Shown piece after piece: positions 24,868 through 38,075 of a DNA stretch of 64,000 nt (position 1 is its first letter; each line of letters opens with the position of its first letter). A program made the translations under genes and the position numbers. Under the pieces are notes generated by a model. It did not search any database, had not been told where the DNA came from, and saw nothing but the letters and a program-made list of their open reading frames with translations. This DNA is from Octopus bimaculoides (lineage: Eukaryota), in contig NC_068996.1 in NCBI RefSeq assembly GCF_001194135.2, positions 12,648,060 through 12,712,059 of the forward strand, in the 5' to 3' direction.

Positions 24868-25557
24868 CAAGGAATATATATGCATGTATAAAACACACAT
24901 ATATGTACATACTTACATCTACATGTGTATGTAGATGCATATCAGGGTACAGGACGTTAGAACAATGAACTACAGACAACGGAACGAACACATCGGAAAA
25001 CAGAAAGCCACTTGGAATTATTCATCAGCTGCCTCTAGAATAGTCTCTTCCTGAGTAGTGGATCAACCCACTAAACAGAGGATTCCAAGGTGGCAAACGT
25101 AAACCAAGACAGGAAAAATTCGACAGTGAAAACAACATAAAAAAGCTGTACGGCCAAACGTGAATCTGATGTAGAACGCTAGTAGTTTGTTATATAATTT
25201 TTCAAAACAGAGAAGATTTCGTATTTAACCGAAAATGGTATAGTTTTAAATTTGATTTTGTTCGATCAATTCATTATGTTTTCTTTGGGTTTTTTNNNNN
25301 NNNNNNNNNNNNNNNNNNNNNNNNNNNNNNNNNNNNNNNNNNNNNNNNNNNNNNNNNNNNNNNNNNNNNNNNNNNNNNNNNNNNNNNNNNNNNNNNNNNN
25401 NNNNNNNNNNNNNNNNNNNNNNNNNNNNNNNNNNNNNNNNNNNNNNNNNNNNNNNNNNNNNNNNNNNNNNNNNNNNNNNNNNNNNNNNNNNNNNNNNNNN
25501 NNNNNNNNNNNNNNNNNNNNNNNNNNNNNNNNNNNNNNNNNNNNNNNNNNNNNNNNN

Positions 25558-25589
<32 letters not shown>

Positions 25590-25639
25590 AGTCTTAGTAA
25601 GTAGGAAGGCTAACAAATTGCAAACCCCCTCAGATAGAT

Positions 25640-26968
25640 GATCCTGCTCAATCTGTAGAAAAGGCATGGGTAGAATCTCCATATGATGTACCTGGTGTAA
25701 GCTATGGACACATAAAACGTGCAGCTATATCAAAGAAAGGTCAACCGGGAAGATAGTGCTTGTGTGTGGCAGATGCAGAGAGGCAATAAACACTGAAGAT
25801 GTACAAAAAACAGATTCCATCATATTCCAGGGGGAAAAACTAGTTGTTGATAGCATCTGCTATCTACATGACCAAGTCTTTAGTGGGGGTGGTTGTTCTA
25901 AGAGTGTAGTGGCTAGAATAAGAATAGCCTGGGAAAAGTTTAGGGAGATCCTACCTCTGCTGGCAACTAAGAACCTCTTGCACAGGATGAAAGGTAGACT
26001 GTATGATGCATGTGTGCGAACTGCCTTGCTACACGGCAATGAAACATGGGCCATGGCTGCTGAGGACATACGTAGGCTTGAAAGAAATGAAGCTAGTATG
26101 ATGCGCTGGATATGTAATGTCAGTGTGCATATATGACAAAGTGCAAGTGGCCTGAGAGAAAAGTTGGGCATAAGAAGCATCAAATGTGGTGCGCAAGAGA
26201 GACAGCTGCACAGTATGGTTGTATGTTACGTATAGATGAGGACAGCTGTGTGAGGAAGTGCCACACCCTAACTGTGGAAGAGGTGGACCTCGGAAGACAT
26301 GGGATGAGGTGGTGAGATTGTGGCCATGGCTGATGCCATTGTTGCATATCCAGCTCATTTAAAAGTACCGTTGATGTGTTGAGTGATATGATATGTTTGA
26401 GAAGACCTGTTCAGTCAAGTAAAACCAAATTCAATTCTCACTGGCTCCTGTGCCGGTAGCATGTAAAAAGCACCATCGAAACGTGGTTGATGCCAGGTCT
26501 ACCTGAGTGGCTCTTGTGTTGGTAGCACAAAAAGCACCATCGAAACATGGCTGATACCAGTGCCCCTTGACTGGCTCCCATGCCGGTGGCACATGAAAAA
26601 AAAGCACTCTCCAAATGTGATCGATGCCAGGGCTGCCTGTCTGGCTCCTGTGCTGGTGGCACGTAAAAAGTACCATCTGAATGTAGTGGCTGCCAGTGCC
26701 CTCTGACTGGCAGGGGTGCCAGTGGCACATAAAATGCACTATCCGAATGTAATTGATGCCAGTGTTGCCTGACTGGATCCTGTGCCGGTGGCATGTAAAA
26801 AGCACTTATGACACTCTCGGAGTAGTTGGCATTAGGAAGGGCATCCAGCTGTAGAAACCTTGCCAGATTGGATTGGATCCTGGTGCAGCTACTGGCTTTC
26901 CAGACCTCAGTCAAACTGTTCAACCCATGCCAGCAGGGAAAATGGACCTTAAACAATGATGATGATAT
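25640..26968 (+). mobile_element. 5'-truncated RTE-clade LINE: RT C-terminal region plus 3' UTR with ~60-bp tandem repeats and (GAT)n tail
   Basis: ORF 25756-26136 GGGCSKSVVARIRIAWEKFREILPLL..GRLYDACVRTALLHGNETW..RRLERNEASMMRWICNV is typical of the RTE RT thumb region. Frameshifted downstream; ends TTAAACAATGATGATGA. Confidence 0.85.
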
Positions 26969-27244
26969 CAGTTGAATAAAATTAAAACACAGTCTGGTTT
27001 TCATGTTTTTTATTTTTGTATTGAAAATAATTTTTTACACTATTGAAGTGTGTTAAACATTAAAAAAAATATTTAGTAATGTTCATGAAATTCAGTTAGC
27101 ACTTTCAGACATTCATAGTAATCATCAGATTTCAAAATGTATTGACTGACAGTTGAGTTTATTTCTTGACAACTGTAATAAAATGAATGATTTCTTCCTT
27201 TTTGTAGCTTTTAGAAGGCTCTGACAAGCTGGATTTTTTTAATA

Positions 27245-27520
27245 TGGTTTTGTTTTGAGGAACTATACATTAGCGAGACAGGGAATGCATTATTGGAATG
27301 CTTACAAGTTCACAGACAACATATCTGGAACACTAATGTTCGCCAAATTCCATTGAGTGAACAAATAGAAACATGTGGTCAGAAAATGTTTCAAATTTTT
27401 CCTTTCCACAAACTACATGACTCAACTGAGGTTGGAAGAAAGATAAAAGAAAAAAGGTTTATTAAAATGTTCAAACCTGTCTTGAACGGAAATAAGAACA
27501 ATAATATAACAACCAGTTAA
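27245..27520 (+). mobile_element. Penelope-like element, GIY-YIG endonuclease C-terminal remnant
   Basis: Reads CFEELYISETGNALLECLQVHRQHI..IPLSEQIETCG..FQIFPFHKL..RKIKEKRFIKMFKPVLN: a YIGETG-like motif, R/H helix and terminal E..FI..F.P.LN of PLE endonucleases. Confidence 0.7.
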
Positions 27521-28568
27521 TGATGTGGATTAAAAAATATCTTTAACATATGAATATAAAAAAATTACTGAAAACTCCCACCAGTTGAAATAAAAATGAT
27601 CGAAACCAACTAAGTTTGCTCATCGCCAAAACCATCACTGGTAAACTGCAAGCTGATTGGTTAAATTAATGGCGGAATCTATGCTAGTAATAATAGTGCA
27701 CCCAACAAACTGTGATGTTTAAGCTGCATGCTGATTGGTTAAAACCGTATTCAAAAAATTCAGCTTGTCAGAGCCTTCTAAAAAGGAAGAAGTCAATCAT
27801 TTTACTACAGTTGTCAAGAACTCAACTCTCAGTTAAATACATTTTGAAATCTAATGACTACTACGAATGTATGAAAGCACTAATTGAACTTCATGAACAT
27901 TACTAAATATTTTTTTTTTATGTTTAACTCACTTTAACATTGTAAAAAATCTTTTTAAAATACAATAATAAAAAACGGGAAAACCAGACCATGTAACTTT
28001 ATTTAACTGATATATTATTCTATGCATATTTCCACAAATCTGGAAATATATATCTATATATATATGTATATGTAATCATCATCATCTATCTATGTTATTT
28101 TAACTGCAAGTGTGGCAGTGTATTAAGAAGTTGTTTGCTTCACAACATCTTGATTCCAGGTTCAATCTTATTACATGGCACTATAACCTCAGGCTGACTA
28201 AAGAAGCTGAAAGAAGTATATGTGTGTGTGTGTGTGTGCGTGCATTTGTGTTTGTCTCACCACTACTTGACATCTGGTGTTGGTTTGTTTACATCTCTGT
28301 AACTTAGTGGTTTAGCATAAAAGACTGATAGAATAAGCACCAGGCTGAAAAAAAAAAGTACTGGGTTTAATTTGTTTTGCTAAAACCCTTCAAGGTGGTG
28401 CCTCAGCATGGCTGCAGTCTAATGACTGAAACAAGTAAAAGATAAAAGATTTTATTAGTATTATTATTAATTATTATTATTACTATTACTATTACTACTA
28501 TTATTATTATTATTATTATCATCATCATCATCGTCATCACCACCATCATCATCGTCGTCATCATCATC

Positions 28569-28600
<32 letters not shown>

Positions 28601-28820
28601 CACCACCACCATCATCATCGTCATCACCATCATCATCTAAGGTGGCGAGCTGGCAGAATCATTAGTATGCTAGACAAAATGCTTAGTGACCTTTTTGTCT
28701 TTACATTCTGAGTTCAGATTCCCCTGAGGTCAACTTAGCTTTCATCCTTTTCGGGATCGATAAATTAAGTACCAGTGAATCACTTGGGTTGATGTAATCG
28801 ACTGGTCTCCCCACAACCAG

Positions 28821-28853
<33 letters not shown>

Positions 28854-29928
28854 CTTGTGCCTTCAGTAAAACAGATTATTATGACCATCATCATTATTAT
28901 TATTATTATTAATAGTATGTTGGGCAAAATGCTTAGCGACATGTCATCTGTCTTCGTGTTCTGAGTTCAAATTTCGCCGAGGTTGACTTTACCTTTCTTC
29001 CTTTAGGGGTCAATAGAATAACTACCAGTTAAGTCCTGGGGTCAATGTAATTGACTTGCCCTTCCCCCCAAAATTGCTGGCCTTGTGCCAAAATTTGAAA
29101 CCCTCCTCTTCCTCCTCCTCTTCATTATTATTGCAGTTGTTTTCTGCACACAGCAGCACATTCTATACAATAATCCACAACTCACTCTTACATATGGTCT
29201 ACACAATTATTATTCAAGAAAATAACAGATAAACATGCACATAACCAATCGCTGATACCGCCACCTCAGCAACTTGCCTTCAAAACAGCTGCAGCTCATT
29301 AAATGTCATGTTAGAGCACATGCCATTTATCAAGCAGTCTCTTTCCAATATGAAACATTATCACCATGAAACAGAATAGCTCAGCTTGCTTTGCAGCTCA
29401 GAAGAAACACTAAAACAATATAAGAAACATCAAACCAAACATTCATTATCTTTTATCGTTTACTTGTTTCATTCATTGGACTGTGGCCATGCTGGGGCAT
29501 TGCCCTGAAGGGTTTTAGTCTAAGAAAGCAACACCAGTACTTAACTTCAATATTTTGATTTGTTTCAGTCATAGAACTGTGCCCATGCTGAAGCACCACC
29601 ATATTCAAGGGCTTTAGTCAAACAGATCGGCCCAAGTGCTTATTTTTATCTTTTATCTTGTTTCAGTAATTGATATGTGGCCATGCTACGATGCTGCCTT
29701 GAAGAGTTTTAGCCAAATGAATTAATCCCAGTGCTTATTATCTTTTTTAAGCCTGACACTTATTCTATCAATCAGTTTTGCTGAAATGCCAAATTATGGG
29801 GCCATAAACAAACCAACACTGGTTATCAAACAGTGGTAAGGGATGAACACAAAGACATGTATCTTGGTCAGGGTGTAAGTAGCGCTTACTTAAGGGAGAT
29901 TCAAGTAGCACCAGGACAAGGTGCTTGT

Positions 29929-30048
29929 AACACTTGTACTCCGTAACAGGAAAAGCTCAACACTTGTACTCTGTAACAGGAAAAGCTCAACACTTGTACT
30001 CTGTAACAGGAAAAGCTCAACACTTGTACTCTGTAACAGGAAAAGCTC
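29929..30048. repeat. 30-bp minisatellite x4 (AACACTTGTACTCTGTAACAGGAAAAGCTC)
   Basis: Four near-identical units, one substitution. Confidence 0.95.
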
Positions 30049-30079
30049 AAGAAACACCATGAACAGATGAACACCATGA

Positions 30080-30251
30080 AAGGGTGGCGAGCTGGCAGAA
30101 ACGTTAGCATGCCGAGCAAAATGCTTAGTGGTATTTCGTCTGCCATTACGTAGTACCAGTTGCGCACTGGGATTGATATAATTGACTTAATCCCTTTGTC
30201 TGTCTTTGTTTGTCCCCTCTATGTTTAGCCCCCTGTGGGCAATAAAGAAAT
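30080..30251 (+). mobile_element. Family B SINE (internally deleted) with a 22-bp target-site duplication
   Basis: AAGAAACACCATGAACAGATGA at 30049-30070 and 30252-30273. Confidence 0.85.
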
Positions 30252-30494
30252 AAGAAACACCATGAACAGATGAAAGCGATAGCAGCTAACAAGTTTTGAA
30301 AGATATATATATAATATCATCATCATCATCATCATCATCATCGTTTAACGTCCGCTTTCCATGCTAGCATGGGTTGAACGATTTGACTGAGAACTGGTGC
30401 AACCGGATGGCTACACCAGGCTCCAATCTAATTTGGCAGAGTTTCTACAGCTGGATGCCCTTCCTAACGCCAACCACTCAGATATATATATATA

Positions 30495-30552
<58 letters not shown>

Positions 30553-33500
30553 TATTATATTTATCTTATGATATTTACTTTGCTTTATATTATGCTCATT
30601 TATTGTGCTTTTAATTATTAATTTTTCTATATGTGATAGTGGATTTTCTTCGATGAGTTCTTGAAACTTGGTTATTTTCCCTAAAACTATATATTTTATA
30701 TTTATATATATATGTTATATGATTTCATTTTTCTGTGCTTTATATACCTCCACCTATTTGTAATATTTTCACAAGGTATTTGTCATGTTCATCAACAGAT
30801 GTGATTTCAATTTATTATTTATTGATATTGATGATTGAGGGTTGAGGTTCACATATTTAGTATGCAAGCTATTACTGCCACAGTTGCTGCTAACATCACC
30901 TCTACCGCATTGATGTCTCCACTATAATACGATAATGTTTGGTAAGCGTGGTTTATTCCTTTCATCTTCTATTTGTTCTTCATAGTCTGGCAAAGCACTT
31001 GGTCAGCAGAAATATAGTACAGATGAATCTGAAGACCAAGTTTTGGATATCAAAAGGATTAAATGCCCATAGGAATGCTGGTCTGTCATAGGATTATTCA
31101 TTTTTGCCAATTGATTGGACTAAAGCCACATGAAATGATGTGTTTTGCTCAAGAACACAACGTGTCTCCAAGTCTAAGGAGGCTGTGTGGTTAGAAGTTT
31201 ACTTTCCAATTACATGGCTCTGGGTTCAGAATCATGTGTGGCACTCTGGGCAGCTGTCTGCCACAGTAGCCCTGACCCCACCAAAGCTTTGTGAGCAGAT
31301 TTGGTTGACAGAAACTGTAAGAACACCATCATATGTGTGTGGTGTGTGTTTGTGCACCATCATATGCGTGTGGTGTATGTTTGTATGTATGCATCTGTTT
31401 ATCTCTCTCTCTATATCTATCTGTCTGTCTGAGTAGACAAACAAAAGAAGGGCATTCAACACATTTATTGGGAGTTGTATGGATCATATACATATGATTG
31501 ACATTAGGAAGGGCATCCAGCCATAAAAACCATTCTGAAACAAGCATGCAGCTTTGGCAGCTCTTCAGCTGGCCAGTTCCTGTCAAACCATCTAATCCAT
31601 GCCAACATGGAAAATGGATGTTAAATGAAGATGATATGATGCTACACACGTGTGCATACACATACACACACATACATTCTGAAATAAATCTTCTCTCTGA
31701 TACATTCATAGTAGACATCTTGAGTTTCTAGATCTCACCCTTTCTTTCTCATATGGGTTAATATTAACTCCCTCATCTCTCTCATATATATGTATTTCCG
31801 TCTCCACACGCATATACACACACATACACCTCACTCACTCTCTCTCTCTCTCTGTTTCTCTCTTCTTCTCTTCCTCTCAGATCTATAAAGGCACAGTACT
31901 TCTTACTACAAAGTAACATACATTAACATACTAACGGCCTGCCTGTATCTTCTCCTTCTCTGGCGCTCCTCTACCTGTACTCCTCATCTCTCTCTCTCTA
32001 CCATACAAACACTCTCTCCTTCTGTCTTTCCCCCTCTCTCTCTCTGACATGCTGCTCTCTTGAGCCCTCCCTCCTTGTACACATTCATACAAAATTATGC
32101 CTCACTAACAGAAAGAAATTAATGCATTCCTACTATGTTTTAAGGTCGTTGACATCGAAACTAACTGTTGGTTCTATTTCTATTAGTACAGAATATCTTT
32201 TATCTTTTCGTTTTTACTTGTTTCACTTGTTTGAATGCGGCCATGCTGGGGCACTACTTTGAAGAGTTTTAGTTGAATGAACTGATCCTAGTACTTAATT
32301 ATTATTATTACTATTTTTTTTTTTTTTTTTTTNNNNNNNNNNTTTTTTTTTTTTTGTTTTAGAGCCTGGTACATAGAATATGTACCAGGCTTATACCAAA
32401 CTGCTAAGTTATAGAGATGTAAACAAACTAACACTGGTTGTTAAGCAATAGTGGAGAACAAACACACACTCACACACATGCACACATACACATACAGCAG
32501 TGCCCCAGTATGGCCATAGTAAATGATGTGAGAAAACTGAGTACTGGGTCAATTTCTTTCAACTAAAACCCTTTTAAGTTGGTACACCAGCATGGCCACA
32601 GTCTAAAGATTAAAAACAATTAAAAAATAAAAGGCAAAACTAAGTACTAGGTTTGATTTGTTTGGTTAAAACACTTCATGCTGGTGCCCCAGCATGACCT
32701 CAGTCTAATGACTGAAACAAGTTAAAGATAAAAATAAGTACCAGGGTGGTGCCCTAGCATGGTCAATTCAATGCCCCAGCATGGTCACAGTCCAATGAAT
32801 GAAACAAGTAAACTAAAAAAAATACAGAAACAAGTTTAAGGAAAAAAAAAAGAAAAACATGAAATCAAAAGCTAGTTTCATTCTTGTTTTATTGTTGAGT
32901 GGTTTTACATAGGGAAAGCATTCAGCTGTATACATAATCACTTCAACAAAACATTCTGCCCTTCGTCTACCACACCCCATTGTAGCATATCCATTATAGG
33001 AAAAAACAGATGTGAAAACAGTGCATGTGCATGTGTGAAAATATATATATATATATATATATATATANNNNNNNNNNNNNNNNNNNNNNNNNNNNNNNNN
33101 NATAAAATATAAACAAAATGCCACCTGAAAATAGAGCAGGTATATATATATATATGTTAAAATAAATACAGTCGAAAGTGTCAGTTCATTAGAACTAAGA
33201 AAATAAAAGATTTGACGCTGTGTTAACTGGGTTAGAATACATACACCTATCTCTTTACCTACCTAGCTACTTACCTACCTATATACCTACCTACCTACCT
33301 ACAAACTTACCTGCCTACATGCATACACACATGGTGATTTCTCTACCTTCACAAGTGATTGCCATCTCTCTCTGAGCTTCCTCATAGTCAGTGGTATTTC
33401 TGACTTTCTGTCTGTGATTTTCTGATGACTATTCCGTCTCTTGCAGATCTGCATGGTTTAAAGTATAGGTGCCAGATGAAGGGAGGAAAGTTGTAACTTC

Positions 33501-33952
33501 CACTAAGACTGATTGGATCACTTTGTAGGATGTGATCTCTTTGAATTGCCATATATCTCTTCACAGCCGAAATTGACATGCAAACTTTTTTTCACCTACA
33601 CACTAAGACTCTAGATCATCCAGTCTTGGAGGAAAGATGTTGCATGCAGCTGATCTTTCATGGGATTTCAGATAATTGAAATACCCAACCTTAGAAAGGA
33701 CTACATGGTCACATATTTCACACTTCCAACACTATATTTTCATTGAGGTTCTCATGACAGCACCTCTGAAGCAAGATCTCAATGCTTTCATGTTCAAGGA
33801 AATCCTTTTCAAACTTCTACAATATTTCCCTTATACATCTGTCTGTCTGTCTGTCTGTATCTGTGTATCTATCTGTTAATATTGCATACCCATATACATA
33901 CATACATATGTATATCCATCGAATCCATGCCAGAACAGAAGGAGAATGTAAA

Positions 33953-33985
<33 letters not shown>

Positions 33986-34074
33986 GTGATGGTGGTGGTG
34001 GTGGTGGTGATGATGATGATGACCATCATCATCATCATCATCATCATCATCATTATCATCATCATCATCATCAT
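33953..34074. repeat. Compound trinucleotide microsatellite (ATG)n(GTG)n(ATG)n followed by (ATC)n
   Basis: Directly visible; source of the spurious poly-M/D/H ORFs. Confidence 0.95.
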
Positions 34075-35195
34075 CCAATTATATGCTTATATATCTAATG
34101 CAATCTTTCTAACTGATATGGCCTTGTTTCTACTCCTCCTCCTTGCCCTCCTCATCCTCTTCTCCTCCTCTGATGTTGATGATGATGATGACAATGATGA
34201 CTGATAATGATGATGAAGAGCCTAGATTTGCTCTTCATTTATTTTCAAATAGCATGTTATTTTTATTGCTGGATATTGCCAACACTCTTTATCCAAAATG
34301 CCATGGTCTTCCCCCTAGGATAGTCTAGGTCTATATCGTGAAGCAGAAGAACACAAGAAAACTTATTGCAAACAGCAATACAAATAATTAGTTCTGTCAA
34401 AGAATAAGAGATGCCTAATTGCAGACGTGGCTGTGTGGTTATAAGTTTGCTTCCCAACTGCATGGTTCTGGGTTCAGTCCCACCGCATAACACTCTGGCC
34501 AAGTGTCTTCTGTGGTAGCCCTAGGCTGATCAAAACCTTGTGGGTGAATTTTGGAAATGGAAACTGAAAGAAGCATATTGTGTGTATGTGTTTTTGTATT
34601 TGTCTCACATCACTGCTTGACAACCAGTGTTGTTTTGTTTATGTCTCCGTAACTTAGTGATTCAACAAAAGAGACTGATAGAATAAATACTAGACTTGGG
34701 TCAATTTGTTCAACTGAACATTGCATTTCCAGGAACCAAATTCCAAACAAGGCTGAAGAATTGCTCTCCTAGGTCTACATTAGAAGATATTTGGCCACAG
34801 TACTATGTAATATAATATAACCTGCCGAAATCACAAGCTTCCAAAGTTAACTTCTTTTAATTGTGTCTATTTATTTCTTTTTTGTTTTTAATACCAAAAT
34901 TGTTAGAACTGCCAGTATTAAAATGTTCACTTTTAAATTAAAATCTCCATCAAGATCCATTAGAATAAGATTCATTATCATATCATTCCAGTTGATCAGC
35001 ACCAGCCATAACGAATACCAATAATATAAATTACAGATATTTTACTGAATGCTTTCACAATTTCCTGATTATATTGAAAATTAATTAAAGCACATGGGCT
35101 GTCTAATTGTTTAGAACTGTAACCATGAAGGAGTTAGGTTATATTTAAACTCATTTGCCATAATGGGAGTCACCATGGCTATTCTACCAAAACTT

Positions 35196-35235
<40 letters not shown>

Positions 35236-37029
35236 CTCTTTCCCTCTTTCTGTGTGTGTGTGTATGTTTGTGTGTGCACATGCATTCACACACACGCACA
35301 CACATTTATATATATATATATCATCATCATCATCATCATCGTTTAACGTCCGCTTTCCATGCTAGCATGGGTTGGACGATTTGACTGAGGGCTGGCGAAC
35401 CAGATGGCTACACCAAGCTCCAATCTGATTTGGCAAAGTTTCTACAGCTGGATGTCCTTCCTAACACCAATCACTCTGAGAGTGTAGTGGGCGCTTTCAT
35501 ATATATATATATATATATATANNNNNNNNNNNNNNNNNNNNNNNNNNNNNNNNNNNNNNNNNNNNNNNNNNNNNNNNNNNNNNNNNNNNNNNNNNNNNNN
35601 NNNNNNNNNNNNNNNNNNNNNNNNNNNNNNNNNNNNNNNNNNNNNNNNNNNNNNNNNNNCTCCCCCCTCTCTTCCCCCTCCCCCTCTCCCTACTGAGGTA
35701 GCCATCTATCTTCCTTACAGCAAAACATTTCTGTCTCTCTATTCATAATCTCACCTCTCATCACCTAGCACAAAATCGCTTCCCTCACTACCACCCCTCC
35801 CTCAGTTGAGAGAGTCTTGCCTTGCAAGTCAGTTGGTGACCTCACTGCTGCTGACGCCACATATATATAAAAGCACCCAGTACACTCTGCAAAGTGGTTG
35901 GTATTAGGAAGGACATCCAGCTGTAGAAACCATGCCAAATCAGAGATTGGAGCTTAGTGCAATTCTCTGGCTTACCAGATCCTGTCAAACCATTCAATCA
36001 ATTCCAGCATGGAAAATGGATGTTAAATCACAATGATGATGGTGATGATGATGATGATGATATATAAAACATTTATACATAAACCCCATGTGATTTTGTC
36101 TACAAAGGTAAAATTGAAATCTGTCTCAGTAAATATTTATTAGGATTTGTAATAGTTCCAGTTACTATTGGCATCCCTGAATCCAAGACATTTTTGTTTC
36201 TTTTTCTGTTTTTAGCTTGTATGCCATCATATCAGTTATATCATATTCCACACCGACATGCACCAAATATTTGTTTTTATTTGCAAGCACCCCTCTCTCT
36301 CTCACTAATTTTCTCACTAATTTTAAGCTCTTCTTAACACCTAAGTCTCTATTTTTACTTTTATCTCTTTTTTTCACACACAATCCTCTGGTGCATCTTG
36401 ACTCATCACCAGTGATGTTCCCTGGGGTCATCAGGTGTTTTTGATCTTTCATCATGAGACACCCTTACACAAGTAACCCAGTCAAGGTTGATGAAACCCC
36501 AGCTTGTCTCCAGTTAGCACTACCCCAGGTGGCACTGCTCCTTCCATGGCTCACACCTCCTGATCCATAGCCACCTTGAAGCAGCCTCTGTTGCCTCTGT
36601 AACCAATCTGAATGGCATTCCACCTACTGGCCCCATGGAGGCCAAGTATGCTAGAGAGACTGACCCACAAACCCTCTACATCCCACTTCGATAAGATCAT
36701 ACCTTGCTTGCCAGCCATTTCTTTGGCATAATTCTACCTGGTTATATTTAAATCCCTACAGATTTCTTGGCCAATATAGAAATTGGGTTATCTCTTATAT
36801 TCACGTAAATTCCAACACAAGATTAAGAATTTGCATTTGCAATCTACATGTTGATAATCTTAAGTAAAACGTATGCATAAATCCAGCCTAACTTCTTAGG
36901 ATTCTCATCATTATGTAAAAGGGCAGCTTAGGCATGTGTTTTAAACTTTTATATTTAAATCTAGCTATCAACTGTAATTTTTGTTCATGATATTTTTCAT
37001 TTATTTAAAATCAAGAACATATGTAAATT

Positions 37030-38075
37030 GTATATCCAAAACCTCTTCCAGGTCTCTCCGACAAAAGCTTTGATAAGTAAAGTTCCTTCTTCTCTGTTCT
37101 GTGATTTGATCTTTACAGAACTGGGCTTTTGACTTGAAAAATTTTGACTCTTAAAGAGCAGCAAAGGTTTTTATGAATATTTGTGCCAAATGGGCAAAAA
37201 TAAATATCTTTTTCTTAAGAGTTATTTTTATGTTTATTTTCACTTTAAATAAATACAAAACTATAATAATTCTTAGTTTCTTGCACAATAAAATTTGCTG
37301 CCTCATTATTGAAAAATTCTGTAAAATATTCACTTTCCTTTACATCTGGGGTAGTAAAAATTCATTTGAGATTCCCACACTGTTGTCAAACGAATGTACA
37401 AATGAAGAACAATCGATGCCCTTTTCCCATCTAGAGCTAGTTTCAGCATCACTTTCCTCTGTGCAATCTACAGTATATACATCATCATCATCTATCTGAT
37501 CTGATAAAAAAATTGGTGTGAACATAAATTCATTTGAGGATCTTATATTGTTCTTGTCAAATGAATGTACAAATGGAGAAAAATTAATGTCCTTTTTTCC
37601 ATCCCGAGCTTTTTGAAGTATTAATTCCTTCTGTGCTATTTAGAGCATCATTATCATTTGCCTCATCAGATGAAAAACTTGCATGAGCATAAATTTATTT
37701 GAGATTCTTGTATTGTCAAACAAATGCACAAATGGAGAAAAAAACTGGTGCCCTTTTTCCATTGAGAGCTAGTTGAAGTATCACTTTCTTCTCTGTTATC
37801 TACAGCATTTCCGACCATCATTATCTACCTCATCTAATGACAAAGGAAAGTCAGGTAAAAGCCTCTTCTTCATCACTGTATAAATTTTCCATTTGCAACT
37901 TGATTTCACCTGTCGATAAGGGCCACTAACCCTTAAGCGCATTTGACAAAGTAGCTGCTCAGGCATCAAGTAATGATGGCTGTAACCGTGTAAAATTTTT
38001 GAAACATCAATCAATGTGATGTCTGCTGTTTTCTAATGAGACATCAATTAATAAAGCCCACTTTTTAAGGGTTAA
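37030..38075 (-). mobile_element. Decayed piggyBac transposon with transposase remnants
   Basis: Terminus TTAA|CCCTT at ~38075 (minus). Acidic N-terminal segments, then PDVKESEYFTEFFNNEAANFIVQETKNY (cf. piggyBac YF..FF.DE...IV.ETN.Y), SQKPSSVKIKS (cf. KP.K.GIK) and GYTIY; multiple frameshifts and deletions. Confidence 0.75.

Noticed and set aside
30985-31071. Plus-strand SGKALGQQKYSTDESEDQVLDIKRIKCP* after a good acceptor
   Set aside because: The upstream donor would give only a 44-nt intron, and the opposite strand gives an equally plausible peptide; it cannot be supported without RNA data.
33782-34204. Poly-M, poly-D/H and poly-I ORFs (also 28403-28636, 48523-48777)
   Set aside because: Trinucleotide microsatellites have no stop codon in some frames; there is no other coding evidence.
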